64,000 bases of DNA, taken from Octopus vulgaris (lineage: Eukaryota). The DNA lies in assembly GCA_951406725.2 (NCBI GenBank), contig OX597815.1:136834001-136898000 (forward strand). The letters run 5' to 3'. The notes under the pieces are model-generated. The model saw nothing but the letters and a program-made list of their open reading frames with translations. It did no database searches and was not told where the DNA came from. Made by a program: the position numbers and the translations under genes. This document shows, piece by piece, positions 26,761 through 40,454 of this stretch; position 1 is the first letter of the stretch, and each line of letters begins with the position of its first letter.

Positions 26761-28260
26761 TTATTCACATAGTTTGCCGCAAGGGCAGTACACTTCCCAC
26801 CGGTAGGTAGGTAGGTGGCACATCGACATCCGCCGACAGTCTCCCGTTTCTCTTCCTTCTCCTTTTTCTTTTTGCGGTTGCGAAAGTCGGGGCCTCCGTC
26901 GGCACATTCGGGAGGTCTTCCTCCTCTCCCACAGCCTGCACTTCGGCTGGTGAGCAACCACCACTTCTCACCTTTCTCTTTCTTTTCGTTGAAGCCGACG
27001 CCTCAACGACTTCCTCCGTTTCTCCCTGCAATGGCATCTTCACCTTTCTCTGCTCCGGGGTCTTACCACGGCCCCTTGGGCAGTCCTTTTTAATGTGGAC
27101 CGACTCCAGGCACGAGTGACACTTGGGGAGGGGGTGATCCTCAAGTATCACTGAATTCCTGGAGCCAGCCATTTTCAAAAAGTCAGGGAAAGTCATTTCA
27201 CCCGAGGTCACTGGGGTCCATAGGGTCAAAGTCGCCTTTGCACATCCCAGCTGACCGAAGGCATCACCTTCACGTCTACTATCTCCCAGGCCCCGCTCGG
27301 TGGCATCTGCCATCCACCCCACTTCGGTGCCTCCGGGGGCAGCCCACATACCCAGGATCTTATCACCCTCTTCCCACAAAAAGGGGAGAAAGACAACATG
27401 TCTTCCCCTTGCAGGCGCTGGCTAGCCAGAGTGCCAGCTTCCTAAGGGGAGTCAAACAGCAACCACACCGTTGCATATTTGACTTTCCTGGCTTATAAGT
27501 ATGTTTTAGCTGGCAAACACCTTGCCACCTCTTTTTTTATGATATCCGTATCGAAGGGGGCGAGGGCATCACGCGACCTAGAATAGGTCCGTAATACCAC
27601 CGTCCTCCTCTCAAGATTTTCAATCCATTGCTTAGGTGGGACAACCTCCCACTCTAACACACTTTTTGTATTTGCCATGTTAAAAATCAGTTCAAAAGGA
27701 GAAAGAAAGTCCAAATAAATTAACAAGAAGTCCAAAAAGAAATAAACAAGTTAGTCCAAAAATGAATATAAAAAATAAAACCCAAAGAAGACACAAAAAC
27801 AGTTCCAAAAAGAAAAAGAAGACACAAAAACAGTTCCAAAAAGAAAAAGAAAACAGAAGAATAGAGAAAAGAAAAACAGTTCACGCAGCAAACATCAATG
27901 GCCAACAGGTACTCTTGGCCAACTTCTTAGGTTCAATGGTAATCCAACAAGTTTCTTTGGCAAAATCCAGTAAGTTCGGGCGAAGGTACGCCCCCTTTTT
28001 CTTTTCCAATACAACAAAACAACAAAGAGCAACCGCCGACAGCAGGCAGAATTGCCCCGGAGCTGGGCGAAATTTATCAACACACAAACAATTACTATTT
28101 GTCAAATTACACCCAGCTCAAACGAAAACAAAACCACCTACCTCGACGACCTTATGCTGCTGTTGTTCTTTTTTCTTTCGGTTTAAAATTGGACGGAGCC
28201 AACACACTCACGTCCTCCTCAGTTCTCTGTAGGATGCAACAACAACGCGCATATGCGGTA
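26761..28260 (-). mobile_element. ORF1-only Tx1-like (HAL1-type) non-autonomous retroelement, copy A
   Basis: Disrupted ORF from ATG at 27678 (MANTKSVLEWEVVPPKQWI...RTVVLRTYSR) with zinc knuckle CHSCLESVHIKKDC and terminal CPCGK. No RT. Homologous to 44696-46849 including the 5' UTR; flanks are SINE-head sequence. Confidence 0.75.
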
Positions 28261-29039
28261 TTACCACACAGCCACTCCTACGCCTTAGTGAAAATCAGTT
28301 GCTCAACAATATTATTGTTATGGTAAATATTACACAAAAGAAAACATTTGTCGAGCAAATGGGAAATATCATGTTGGTTCATCTGAAGACTAGCTTTAGA
28401 TGCATTGTTGCATTGTGAAGGATTTGCCTAGGCAATAATCTTAAGAAACTGGACTTCACAAAGCCATAAACCACACGGCTAATTAGGAAATTGTAGTTGC
28501 AATTCGTAAATGGTATTTGAACTACGAAATTATGTAAAATAATTCGGAAGTTAGTCATTAATATTTATCAACACATGTGAGCAGATATACTAACATGTAG
28601 GCGAACAAATACGAAAATCGAAGATTGCGCAATGACATAACTTCTTGCATGTATAAATACTTGTGTAGATACATAAGTATAATTATTTTTAGTTTATACA
28701 ATATACCTATACAATAGATTCGTGACTTTGCTAGGAACTGTCTCTTAATTACGTAGGTGGAATTTTTATAATATAACGTGAAACATTATTCCAAGAAATA
28801 ATTGGATTAAAACTCTTACTCAAATGTATATTAATTCCCATGTTATATCTGATTACGAACAGTCTTTTCTAGATTTTCAAAAGTAGGTTTAAGCAAGCTC
28901 TAGCTGCTAACAATTTTGCAATATGCAATATAAATAGCACATAGCTGTGATAAATAAATATAGACTGAAGACGTTGAGAATATGCCTAAACAATGAGCAA
29001 TAAACTACAATAATTGGCAAATATTGAAAGGACACAGAA

Positions 29040-29240
29040 AATGTGTCAATAGCCAGGAGGTGTACTCCTGGGGCTACAAGCTACAGTAGGAGCCACCCTT
29101 AGGGGTTAGCTAAATTTAAGTGGCAAAAATACTTCACGATATATGTGGCACCTTGGGCAAGTGTTTTCTACTATAGCCTCGGGCCGACTAAAGCCTTGTG
29201 AGTGGATTTGGTAGGCGGAAACTGAAAGAAGCCCATCGTA

Positions 29241-29275
<35 letters not shown>

Positions 29276-29454
29276 GCGTGTGTGTGTTTGTGTGTCTGTG
29301 TTTGTCCCCCTAGCATTGTTACTTAGCGGTTCAGCAAAACAGACCGATAGAATAAGTACTAGGCTTACAAAAGAATAAGTCCTGGGGTCGAGTTGCTCGA
29401 TTAAAGGCGGTGCTCCAGCATGGCCGCAGTCAAATGACTGAAACAAGTAAAAGA

Positions 29455-29506
<52 letters not shown>

Positions 29507-29532
29507 CAGCGTACGTACACTTTGTTCTCCTG

Positions 29533-29588
<56 letters not shown>

Positions 29589-29772
29589 ACGCATATTTGC
29601 CATTTGAATATGGCTAACCCCTAAGGGTGGATGCTACTGTAGTTTGTAGCCCCAGGAAGATATCTCCTCCAGCTGGCTATAGACACACTATCTGTATCCT
29701 GTCAGTATTTGTGAAGGGAAGTCATCCTCCCCGTCTCTCGCTCTGAGATTTATCATTATATATATATATGTA

Positions 29773-29811
<39 letters not shown>

Positions 29812-30044
29812 GCACATATATATATATACACATACGTACATACATACATACATACATACATACATACATACATGCATACAGACATACACACATACACCCA
29901 TGGCTGCAACGACGATCTGGAGTTCAACTGAGGATAGGAAGCTCCGAATGACCCGCCCTTGTGTTTTCCTGTCTTTTTTTGTACCATCTAACTGTTCCGA
30001 TGTTTTGTTGTCGCCTGTTACGTTCTTGCTCCATTTTTCTTTTC

Positions 30045-30103
<59 letters not shown>

Positions 30104-30870
30104 GTATGTATGCATATATAGCGGCGTACGTACACTTTTGGTCTCCTGTATGTAAGTACATATATATATCTAAATGCTGTATGACTCTTTTGCTCTTTTT
30201 TTAGCCTCCTTCACACTCTCTTCGTTCTTTCCACTTTTTCTTTCCTCGCTCCCCTTCCCTTGCATTTCTTGGCCTTCCCTTCCATCACACTTCCCTCTCC
30301 TTTACCTCACTGTCCATTTTCTTTCATATTCTCTCTTTCTCGTTCCTCTGCCCCTACCTCTCTCCTTTCATTCCACGTGACTGGTGTTCCGCCAACCCTG
30401 ACCTTTCTGTCTTGGCTCGACTACCATCCGTGTAGCTTCTCTTATATTCCTTCCCATGACTTTCATCTCTTACGTTCCTGCCTTAAGGCTTCACTTCCAC
30501 ACACGCCAGCTTAATCCAATTTGTCCTTAGCCGAAAGGCAACTGTTGTTAAAGTCCTGTTGTTTGTATTTGTAGTTTTGTACCATTCCTCCGTTTTTTTT
30601 TTCGCCCTTCTTTTCATATACATTCGCTTGCTTTCTTCCAAGAAGTCTGGTGCTCTTAGTTTAGGGTTTCTTAGGGCCGGCCAGATTAGAGCAGTCTGGA
30701 GTGTAACCGGCAGAAACTGGAACGATGATCTGGAACTCGACTGAGGATAGGAAGCTCCCAATGTCCCATGCTTGCTTTTTCCTGCCCTTTTTTGTATCGG
30801 CTAACTGTCCGGATGCTTTGCTGTCGCCTCTTACGTTCTTGTTCCATTTTTTTGTTTTCTTTATATATAT
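29040..30870. mobile_element. PLE-like remnant cluster: inverted pair (29040-29138 / 29587-29688) and direct pair (29903-30050 / 30717-30862)
   Basis: Visible inverted and direct repeats. The direct repeats carry CTGAGGA-taGGAagcTCC and are separated by a CT-rich tract like the 3' region of the full PLE. Confidence 0.55.
29143..29457 (+). mobile_element. tRNA-derived SINE family A, 5'-truncated
   Basis: GTGGCACCTTGGGCAAGTG...AAAGGCGGTGCTCCAGCATGGCCGCAGTCAAATGACTGAAACAAGTAAAAGAATA. Confidence 0.9.
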
Positions 30871-33800
30871 ATATATATATCTGTGTGTGTGTTCTTTTGA
30901 CGAAAAACCTCAATTCGGTGCCCCAGCACTGCTGCAGTCTGATAACGAATACAAGTAATGGATAATAAATTCCCCTTCACGTAGAAAGGGCCACCATTAT
31001 AAAAGAAGAGTAATCATCATTCTTTCTTCGATCTTTTTCCACACACGTTACATGAATGTATAAGTGCCACATAACTGTGTGTGCGTGTGAGTGTGTGTGC
31101 TTGTGTACGTGTGTGCGCGCGTGTGTGTGTGTGCCCGTGTGTATGCTTTTCTGCCAGTGCTAAATATATATTCATGCATTTTACCTTTTTTTCTTATAGT
31201 TCATGAACAATTACGATACGGATTACATTTGGATTCGCCTCGGATTTAGCAGTGATTTACACTTAGGATTCATACTGTGAACTTGAAGGTAGGTAGACAT
31301 TAATGTAAATACATTAATATATATGTGTACAGATATATATATATATATATTGTTGTATTTCTGGATGGCCATTTTTTTCGCGAAATAAGCACACGCACTA
31401 TATATTTTTTCTTCACTCGTTTATTACTGTTCTTATTTTATTATTTTAACTCATGTCCATCTCTAGAGCAAGAACAGATACGACAACGAAAAGTATATAT
31501 ATTTATATATATCTCGTTTTAGTATTTGTTTTGCAAGATTCCTTATGTAGATTCGTGTGTTGAAGCATATTTTATTGTGTCGGGGGAGAATCATTCTCTT
31601 TTAGTGCCTTATTAATTTAACACACCAATTTCCTCATCATTTAGTTTTGCTATTGGAAAGGTTGCAAGTCGCAACGAAAATTTTAGCAAATATAAATAAG
31701 TAAATGAGTGGAAATCGGTGAGGCACTAAAAGAGTACGACCCTTCCCGTACATAAATATATATATATATATATATAAGTACGCATCTATGTTAGTGTTTA
31801 AGTGCTCATCTTCGCGGGTGATGTAGCTATGCATCCAAGTTATGCATCCAGAAATTATTAGCTACCTGTGGGACTAAAGCATTATGCAATACTTCAAAAG
31901 CATATCCCCAATATAAAATATTAAAAACATTTAAAATAAAGCAAGCGCACACTTACTCGTTATAAGGAGAAAACTATTGTTGGTAGAATATTTTTGGAAA
32001 ATACTTTGTAAAACATTGGCTTCGCAGGCTATCTAAAATTAATTGTGATGGGCAAAATAAACCTTTCAGATTAGGGAAAATCTGTTGCTCAACAATGTTA
32101 TTGTTATGATAAATATTACAGATAAGAAAACATTTGTCGAGAAAATGGGAAATCTAATGCTGATTCATCTGAAGACTAGCTTTAGATGCATTGTTGCATT
32201 GTGGAGGATTTGCCTAGGCGGTAATCTTAAACTAGACGTCACAAACCCATAAACCACACGACTAAATAGGAAATTATAGTTGCAGTACGTAAATGGTATT
32301 TGAACTATGAAATCATGTAAAATAATTCGGTAGTTGGTCATTAATAATTGTCAACACATATGAGAAGATATACTAACATGATCAAATACGAAAATCGAAA
32401 ACCTCGCAATGTCATACGTGCTTGCATGTATAAATACTTGTGTAGATACATAAGTATAATTCTTGTTAGTTTATACAATATACCTATAAAACAGCTTTGT
32501 TTCTGGGCTAGGAACTGGCTCTTAATTAGGTGGAATTTTTAAACCATATCCCCACGTTAGTTTAATATCTGCAAATTATCAATTTGAAAAGATCAATCAG
32601 TAAATAAAACGAAAATATATATGCATTTATACATATACATACACACATGTATATACATATACATACACACATATATATGCGCTCACACACACACGCACAC
32701 ACACACACATATATACATACATACATACAATTGTAGTTTTAGATTTTTAGCCTTTTCACCATACCTGTTGTTGTTTCTTAGTTTTCTCCCGAGTTATCTG
32801 TTATTGGAACTTCTGTTTTGTATTTGTAAACATCCTTGAAACGTAGCAATCCTTTATTTTGTATACTAACATTTCGTGATTATTCATATTAATTTTCCGA
32901 AATTATTTCACGTTAGTTTTAGTATCCCTACAGGGAATATTTTGTTATAGGTTTCTAGCATAATACGTCCCTCACCGACATGTGTTTTGGTAAATATAGG
33001 CTTTCTATGTGGCGTGTACTTTAAACACACCATCATCATTATCATCTATATCAAGATGCCAAAAGAATATAATTATTGTTTTATTTCACTTATATATATA
33101 TATATATATATATATATAATCCGGGTACAAGCATGGTACACAGCATTGCTAGAAATAGGAATCAAATGGCTCAAAAACCACAGTAAACCACTTATATACA
33201 CACGTCTGAATTCGTGGAAACGAGTATATAGAAGCCATCTTAACAATAGCCAGTAGAAATCGCAAATATGTTGTAGACGTACTCATATCACGTGATTCTG
33301 GACCCTGTGATAGCACTTAGTCTTCGTCTTTGAGTATTCCTGCCGAACTAAACGTTCAGAAACAAGCGAATTATGTATTCATCTATGTATGTATATATAT
33401 ATATATATACATAAATACATACATGCGTGCATGTATACATACATGCGTAGATAATTCGCTTGTTTCTGAACATTTAATTTTCAATGCTTCGTATATCACT
33501 AAGCATTATATCCCCATGACCATCAGTTATTTAAGAACATACTGAATCCAAGAAAATTCATTTTCCACATGAACCACATTGTCCAATTATACCGACACGA
33601 AGACATATGGATGTACACTAAAACCCATTTCGGAGAACCTATGAATATTTTATATTCTGCCGAGATATGCAAAATTGTATTGGTTTATATCCTACGCGCA
33701 CGGAATTTGTCAAATTTAGTAAATTACAATAAGACTTATACCTTAACGATGTACGAATAATTTCTCGCAATATGATCTCACGGTAGCAGGACAACTTCCT

Positions 33801-34539
33801 GAAGTTACTCACGCTTGGTAATTACAGTAAATAGCACGTAATTACCGTCAGCATTTGACTAAATCTCTTATATTAACAGGAAGGTAATATGTATCAATTT
33901 AGGCTATAATCCCCACTTTCCTTTTTAATAACGTAATAAATGGTATAAGCATATTCCACTGCTATTGTTGTCGTATGGTTAGGTCTGGAGACACTCAACA
34001 GAGAGACCAAAACTACAAATATAGATTGTCACTGAGCGACGACGAATATATCATTATTTACATTTAAATTTTGGTAGTTTCCATTTTAGCAAACTACTAC
34101 TTGGTTTTATTCCTCTGCATCTCAATATACACATTAATAGAACAAAAACATTCAAGTTATGTCATGTGTTCTTTCCCACTTCGGTTGATTCTCTAACATA
34201 TTTCCAAGGGATGTAAAATTCCTTCATTTCTACATATCAATATTCGACTGACAATCATCATCAACGCTAGTAAAATATTTGCTTCTATGACTTCCAACAT
34301 TCTGTTATCATACATTAGCATCAGTTATACACACATTGAATATTCCCACAGGATGTCCTTCAAAGTTCATCTTATATTTCATGTTCTCACAATTTGCAAT
34401 CACAAATTCTCTATCACATACCCTGCAGATACATGTCTAATCTTCGGCAAAACTAGTGCGCACGTGATCTCAGTAATTTAGCAAGACAAGAACACATAAA
34501 AACTTCGAAGTACTCCTACTCATGGAAAGGCTAAAATGT

Positions 34540-35435
34540 CAATAGAGAAGCTGTTTAATGCAAGGAAGTTCCAAGCCCTGCGCTACCGGCACACAAAGGT
34601 AAACGACATGCAGACTGGATACACTGGCCCGGGAAGAATTGTAATTCCTGAGTCAAAATCAGTGCGTGACTTGGGCATTGACATGAGCAATGATGCATCT
34701 TTCCAAGTGCATATTACAAATTTGGTAATAAAATGCAGACGGCTAGCTGGATGGATTCTCCAAACTTTCAGAACAAGAGAGAAGGAGACACTGATGGTCC
34801 TTTGGAAGACATTCGTCCTCAGCCTCTTAGACTACTGCTCCCAACTATGGTCACCACACAATATAAAGTTAACAGCAGAACTCGAATAATCCAACAAAGC
34901 TACACTAAGAAGATTGTCTCAATGCAGCATATCAGCTACTGGGACAGACTGAAAGTATTAAAATTCTTCTCCCTGGAGCGAAGGCGGGAGAGATATGCAG
35001 TGATATACATCTGGAAAATCCTGGAGGGTCTTGTCCCGAATTTTGGTATTGAAAGATACCCCAACAGCAGAACAGGGCACCACTGCATGGTGCCAAAGAT
35101 CCCAACATTACCATCAAAATACAGGACCAAATACTGCAACAGCTCGGATTTCAGGGGACCACAGCTCTTCTATATCCTTCCTAAATGCCTGAGAGACCTG
35201 CATGGTGCGGATGCGGGTTTCTTTAAAACTAAACTGGATTACTTCTTGTCAGGGGTTCCAGATGAACCTACCTCTCGGCAGGAAACACAGATGCGGGCAG
35301 CGGCGTCGAACTCCCTTGTTGATCAAATGCCACGTATCAGAGATGATTTCACATACTAGTGTAGCTCATTCAACGGTGGTGCCCCAGAATGGCCGCAGCC
35401 TTCGGGCTGAAGTATTTTTAAGGATTTAAGGATTT
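34540..35435 (+). mobile_element. 5'-truncated CR1/L2-group LINE (RT C-terminus and 3' UTR)
   Basis: VRDLGI...LDYCSQLWSP...YWDRLKVL...SLERRRERY...WKIL.GLVPN...LDYFL..VPDEP with one frameshift; ends in (TTTAAGGA)n-like repeats. Confidence 0.92.
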
Positions 35436-35564
35436 ATATATAAATTTGTATATGTACATATCTATATATACATATATATATATATTTAAATATATATATA
35501 GACATATATATATAAATATATATATATATTTAAATATATATATAGACATATCCATATCTGTGTA

Positions 35565-35603
35565 TCTTTCTGTTGAAGAGTGTAGGCTCGAAACGTTAAA
35601 GAC
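35565..35603 (+). ncRNA. Minimal type I hammerhead-like motif in 5' pLTR
   Basis: TTGAAGA-G tgtaggct C-GAAA-CG-TTA with palindromic AACGTT; minimal hammerheads in pLTRs are an established PLE feature. Confidence 0.55.
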
Positions 35604-36342
35604 TTGTTTTATTTATATTTCCTGAGCGCCATACTAATACAATTGTTTGTTTGTTTTCCACCTGCCTTCGTCTTTTGTCTATTTTCATAAAGCTTCCCGT
35701 TATATATTATGCGCTCACGTGGTCTCACTTTCATCCTATATTCTACCAATACCACTATCAACACTTACCTCTACCTTGGATTTTCTTTACCTCTTGGATA
35801 CTTACCATTGGCTGCACCTCTCTTTCGCGGATCAAAGTGACTTTGTTATTGATGTGAAATCCTTAAAAAATATACCACGACGTCTACACATTTCTAACCT
35901 TGAACTTTCAACCTTGAACTTGTTCGCATAAACTGTCCCGTTTGTTGTATTTTTATTTTCTCATATATTACCACTTTTTTACATTCATTTCATGCTTTCC
36001 ACAGTTTCCTGCATTTTTGTTCTCCTTTCCGTCTTTCTTCCCTCTCTGGATGTCCATACTCTGTTTCCTCTGCCTGCCCCCCCCTTTTTTTGTCTCCCCC
36101 TCTCTCTGCTTCCCTTCTTTCTTTCCCTTTTCCGTTTGCCCCGTCTTTTCTGCCCCTATCGCTTACTTATCTAGTTTTTTCATACGATTATTATTTTTTT
36201 GTTTTTTTTTTAACGTTTGTTTTTTCCCCTTTTTTTTCGCTATCCTTTTTTATCTATTTTTTTCAAACGATAATTTTCTGTTTTTTGTTTTTTGTTTTTT
36301 TTTTTGTTTTTTCGAACGTTTGTTTTTTTCCGCTATCCCATC

Positions 36343-39170
36343 ATGCCGGATCCTAGGTCCTACCTCCTCACCCTCCATCATCGTTTGAAGGATCATCTCC
36401 GTTAACTTCCCGTATACTGCCTTCAGCCGTCCGTTAATCTCTCTCTACTTCTTTTAAAAACAACCCGCTTCTCTAGCCATGTCTCTTTCCTAAGCCGCTG
36501 CCTACATCACCGACTCATCCCTAAAGGTTTCCGCCTCCACTTCCACCCTGCTCTCCACTCGGATTCTTCCATCTTACCCATACTCCGCACCACATCTTAC
36601 CGCCTTATGCGGGCCACCATTCGCTCCAATCTCTCTAAACTACATACCATCAACCGCCTTCTTCCTCCTGCTTTCTCCACATTCTTCTCCTCTCTGCCGC
36701 CTCTCTATGCTCCAAACACGCTACGCTTCATTATCCATTTGAATCAACTCTTCCATCAATTTCTTTCTGATACCAAACTTCGTAAACTCCAATCACTCTT
36801 CCATTCCCGATAGGCTCCATCCACCCATACCTAACCCCACTGCCCCTCCCTACAACCCCTTCTCCCCTCCTGATAGGCTCCATCCACCTACACCTAACTC
36901 TACTCCCCCCAAACCACCACCCCCACACACACCTCCCCAATCCCTTCCCCTCAGACCTCCCCGAGACCTACCACCCCTCCTACTTCTATTCCACCCACCC
37001 CTTCTCTACTTCCGTCTGTTGTTACCATTCCCCCGATCTTCCCTCTCTGCGGCTGAACGCTCCGTCCTTGGTAGGGGTCTGCGTTTCATCCCCCTCACTC
37101 CATCCTGTAAGGAATTCCAGACGCGAGTTGATGTCCACAGCTTTGTGCGCCGCGTCCGGTTGGGTGCGCATTACCACGACTCGCCACCCACACCCAACGA
37201 AGAGGACTGCTTCACTGGCCTGGGCCGCCGACCATCCCCGTGGACGCCTGCCCCTGGCCAGTTCCTAGCAGTGGATCTTTTCGCGGGCGCTTGTCAGCGT
37301 GCATTGGAGCGGTTCAACTTCTCCAGGCGCCAACGACACCTCAACATCTCCCCGGCTGAGCTCTTGGCTCTTCGTTCCCTCCAACGGCGCGCTGACATTA
37401 TCATCAAACCGGCTGACAAGGGTGGAGCTGTAGTGGTGTGGCGCGCGGACCTCTATAGGGCCGAGGCTTTCCGCCAACTCAATGACACCTCCTTCTACGC
37501 CCCTCTGCCCTCTAACCCCACACGTAGCTACCAACAGACGGTATCCTCTACTGTCCGCGACCTCATCTCGTCCTCCCGTCTCCCCCACACCGCATCCAAC
37601 CTAATTGTGCGAACCCCACGTACCCCCACCATTTACTTCCTCCCCAAAATCCACAAACCCAACAACCCTGGCCGCCCCATTGTCTCCGCCTGTAACTGCC
37701 CCACGGAGCTCATCTCTAAATACCTCGACCGTGTCCTTGCCCCCCAAGTGGCATCTCTTCCCTCCCACATCCACGATACCAACCATGCTCTCCGGCTTTT
37801 CAACTCTTTCTCCTTTCCTCCCGGCTCCTCCAAAATCCTTTTTACTATGGTCATCCAAAGCCTCTATACTGTTATCCCTCACCACGAAGGACTGCAGGCC
37901 CTTCAACACTTTCTTGACCTCCGCTCCAACCCTGTACCTGACACCTCCACACTCATTCGTCTGGCCGAACTTGTCCTTACTCTGAACTGCTTCGCGTTCG
38001 CGGGCGAGTTCTACCATCAGATCTCGGGAGTGGCCATGGGAAAGCGAATGGGCCCCAACTATGCGAACCTGTTCGTTGGCTATATTGAGGCCCAAATATT
38101 CTCTAATTTCACTGGTCCCACTCCTGAACTATATGGTCGTTACATTGACGACATTATCGGTGCCACCTCACTCTCCCGTGAACATCTAGATTCCTTCCTC
38201 TCTTTCGTCCAATATTTCCATCCAGCCCTCCACTTCACTTCCACTATCTCCAACACCTCTGTCTCCTTCCTCGACATTTTGGTTAGCATTCTTCACTCCA
38301 CTCTTACCACCTCCATTCACTACAAACACACAGACTCACACTCATACCTCAACTTCTCTTCCTCCCACCCAGAACACACCAAGCTTTCCATCCCCTAGGC
38401 TCTGTAGTGACGACCATGACTTTGAGACTCAGTCTCAACGTATGGCTCACCACTTCACCCTACGTGGATACCCCCTCACCACTATCCACACCGCCCTTGC
38501 TTGAGCACGGTCCGTGGACCGTGTATCTGCTCTCTCTCCCCGAACCCACCCTTTAGTCTCCCGCCTCCCTTTCCCCCTCACTTACCACCCCACGACCCTA
38601 CCTCTCCAACGCACCATTCTTCGAGCTTTCCGTCATCTCCGGTCCGACCCGTCCACTTCACACCTCTTCCCTAACCGACCTCTCCCCTCTTTCAAACGAG
38701 CCCACAACCTTCGAGACCTTTTGGTCCATAGCTCCTTCCCTGACCCTACCTCCCAACCCGGCTCGTTCCCCTGCTCCCGCCCACGTTGCCGCACTTGCCC
38801 TTACCTCTCCAACACCACCCTCCTCACTAGCACCCATCATCGACCCTATCCCATCATCCACTCCTTCACCTGCACCTCCAGGAATATTATCTATTGCGTC
38901 TCTTGCTCTCTCTGCCATTCCTTGTACATCGGACAAACGGGACGCCGCTTGACTGACCGGTTCGCGGAACACCTTCGTGACATCCACCTTGCGAACGACA
39001 CACCGGTCTCACGCCATTTCCGCTCCACCGGTCACTCCTTGCAACACCTATCTGTTTTCGGTTTGTCCTTACACAGAGGCCATCCGGTTTCCCGTTTGCG
39101 CCGTGAACAGGAATTAATCTTCTCTCTTCGCTCTTATACGCCATTTGGTCTCAACTCTCCCCCTCCTCAT
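36343..39170 (+). pseudogene. PLE ORF (N-terminal domain, reverse transcriptase, zinc finger, GIY-YIG endonuclease), disrupted
   Basis: FLSRCLHHRLIPKGFRL; IKPADKGGAVVV; PKIHKPNNPGRPIVS; GVAMG..MGPNYAN; RYIDD; CSRPRCRTC; IIYCVSCSLCHSLYIGQTGRRLTDRFAEH; PFGLN. It has stops and frameshifts, an apparent deletion near 38396 and TMVIQSLYT in place of the usual D. Confidence 0.93.
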
Positions 39171-39807
39171 CTAACCCCCTCTCCCCTCCTCACCTACCTT
39201 TCCCCCCCGACCCCTACTTCTTCAGTCCTTCATCCTTTCACCCCTACTCCCCTTCCCTTCTTCCCTCTTTCTCCCTCCCTCCTTCCCTCTTAACCGTCCC
39301 TCTGCTCCCTCACTCCCCTTCTCTTCCCCCTCTCCCTCTTTCCTCCTTCCTCCTCCCCTCCTCCTCCCCTTCCTTATCCCCCCTCTCTATCCCCCTCTCC
39401 CCCCTCTTCTCCTCTCTCCACACTAATACGTACTAATACATACTAATACATACTAATACATACACCAACCCTATACATACACACGTCCAGACCTCTCATA
39501 CGCACTAATACTCTCTCATACACATACACACACACACACCCTTATACATACTAATACATACTAATACATACACCAACCCTATACATACACACGTCCAGAC
39601 CTCTCATACGCACTAATACTCTCTCATACACACACACACACACTTATGTTGGAGCTGGTCATTCAACCCTATTATCCACCCTATTATCTCCCCTTATTTC
39701 GCTCTCGCGTCTCATGTTTGATCTTTGACCAGATCGCCATGTTGATTCGTTAGTTACTGCACGCATTTTTTTCTCTCCTTCTTTCTGTGTTTTTTTCCCT
39801 CTGTGTA

Positions 39808-39846
39808 TCTTTCTGTTGAAGAGCGTAGGCTCGAAACGTTAAAGAC
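39808..39846 (+). ncRNA. Minimal type I hammerhead-like motif in 3' pLTR
   Basis: TTGAAGAGCGTAGGCTCGAAACGTTAAAGA, with tcttt/aaaga as possible stem I. Confidence 0.55.
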
Positions 39847-40075
39847 TTGTTTTATTTATATTTCCTGAGCGCCATACTAATACAATTGTTTGTTTGTTTT
39901 CCACCTGCCTTCGTCTTTTGTCTATTTTCATAAAGCTTCCCGTTATACATGTCTATATCTATCTATATATAGATAGATATACATATATAAATACACATAT
40001 ATATATTTATATATATACATATGTATCTAAATAAGTAAATATACCTATATGTACATATATATATATATATATATA

Positions 40076-40454
40076 CACTACCGTCAGAAATTAATTAGCA
40101 CCCTTGATTTGTTCTTCACTCAAGGTATGTGCTGTCACCTAGTGGCCATATCTCGAACTATTGCTTTGTTGCGAGTTCACTGTTGCGCAGAACGATGACG
40201 TAACTTTGTTTGCAGAGCAGTTTGAGAGTCTACAGCCTTATGATGTTGACATAGCAGTGCAACAACAACTTGGAGTGCGGATGCAGACAAATCTTCCTTT
40301 GTTTAATAGATATAGGTAGCGCCTCGCAAGGACCGAAATAACACCATACTAAGTTTTCTCATCGCGTAAGACGTTTTGAACAGCTCATAGGTTAATTGAT
40401 TTAACCTATTTAATGTAGAAATTTGAGAAGTGCTAATTAATTTCTGACGCGAGT

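Larger units (their letters stand above)
28286..32540. repeat. Diverged ~470-bp direct duplication (28286-28770 and 32072-32540)
   Basis: Collinear similarity, e.g. ttcatctgaagactagctttagatgcattgttgcattgtg and gtataaatacttgtgtagatacataagtataatt in both. Confidence 0.9.
35557..39947 (+). mobile_element. Near full-length Penelope-like element (Neptune-type) with direct pseudo-LTRs, inserted in (TA)n
   Basis: 148-bp direct repeats at 35557-35704 and 39800-39947 flank an RT plus GIY-YIG ORF. Confidence 0.95.

Noticed and set aside
35942-36388. Phe-rich 148-aa ORF resembling a membrane protein
   Set aside because: Product of the T-rich PLE leader; no ATG start and low complexity.
37265-38987. 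Antisense ORFs over the PLE
   Set aside because: Shadow frames caused by strand compositional bias.
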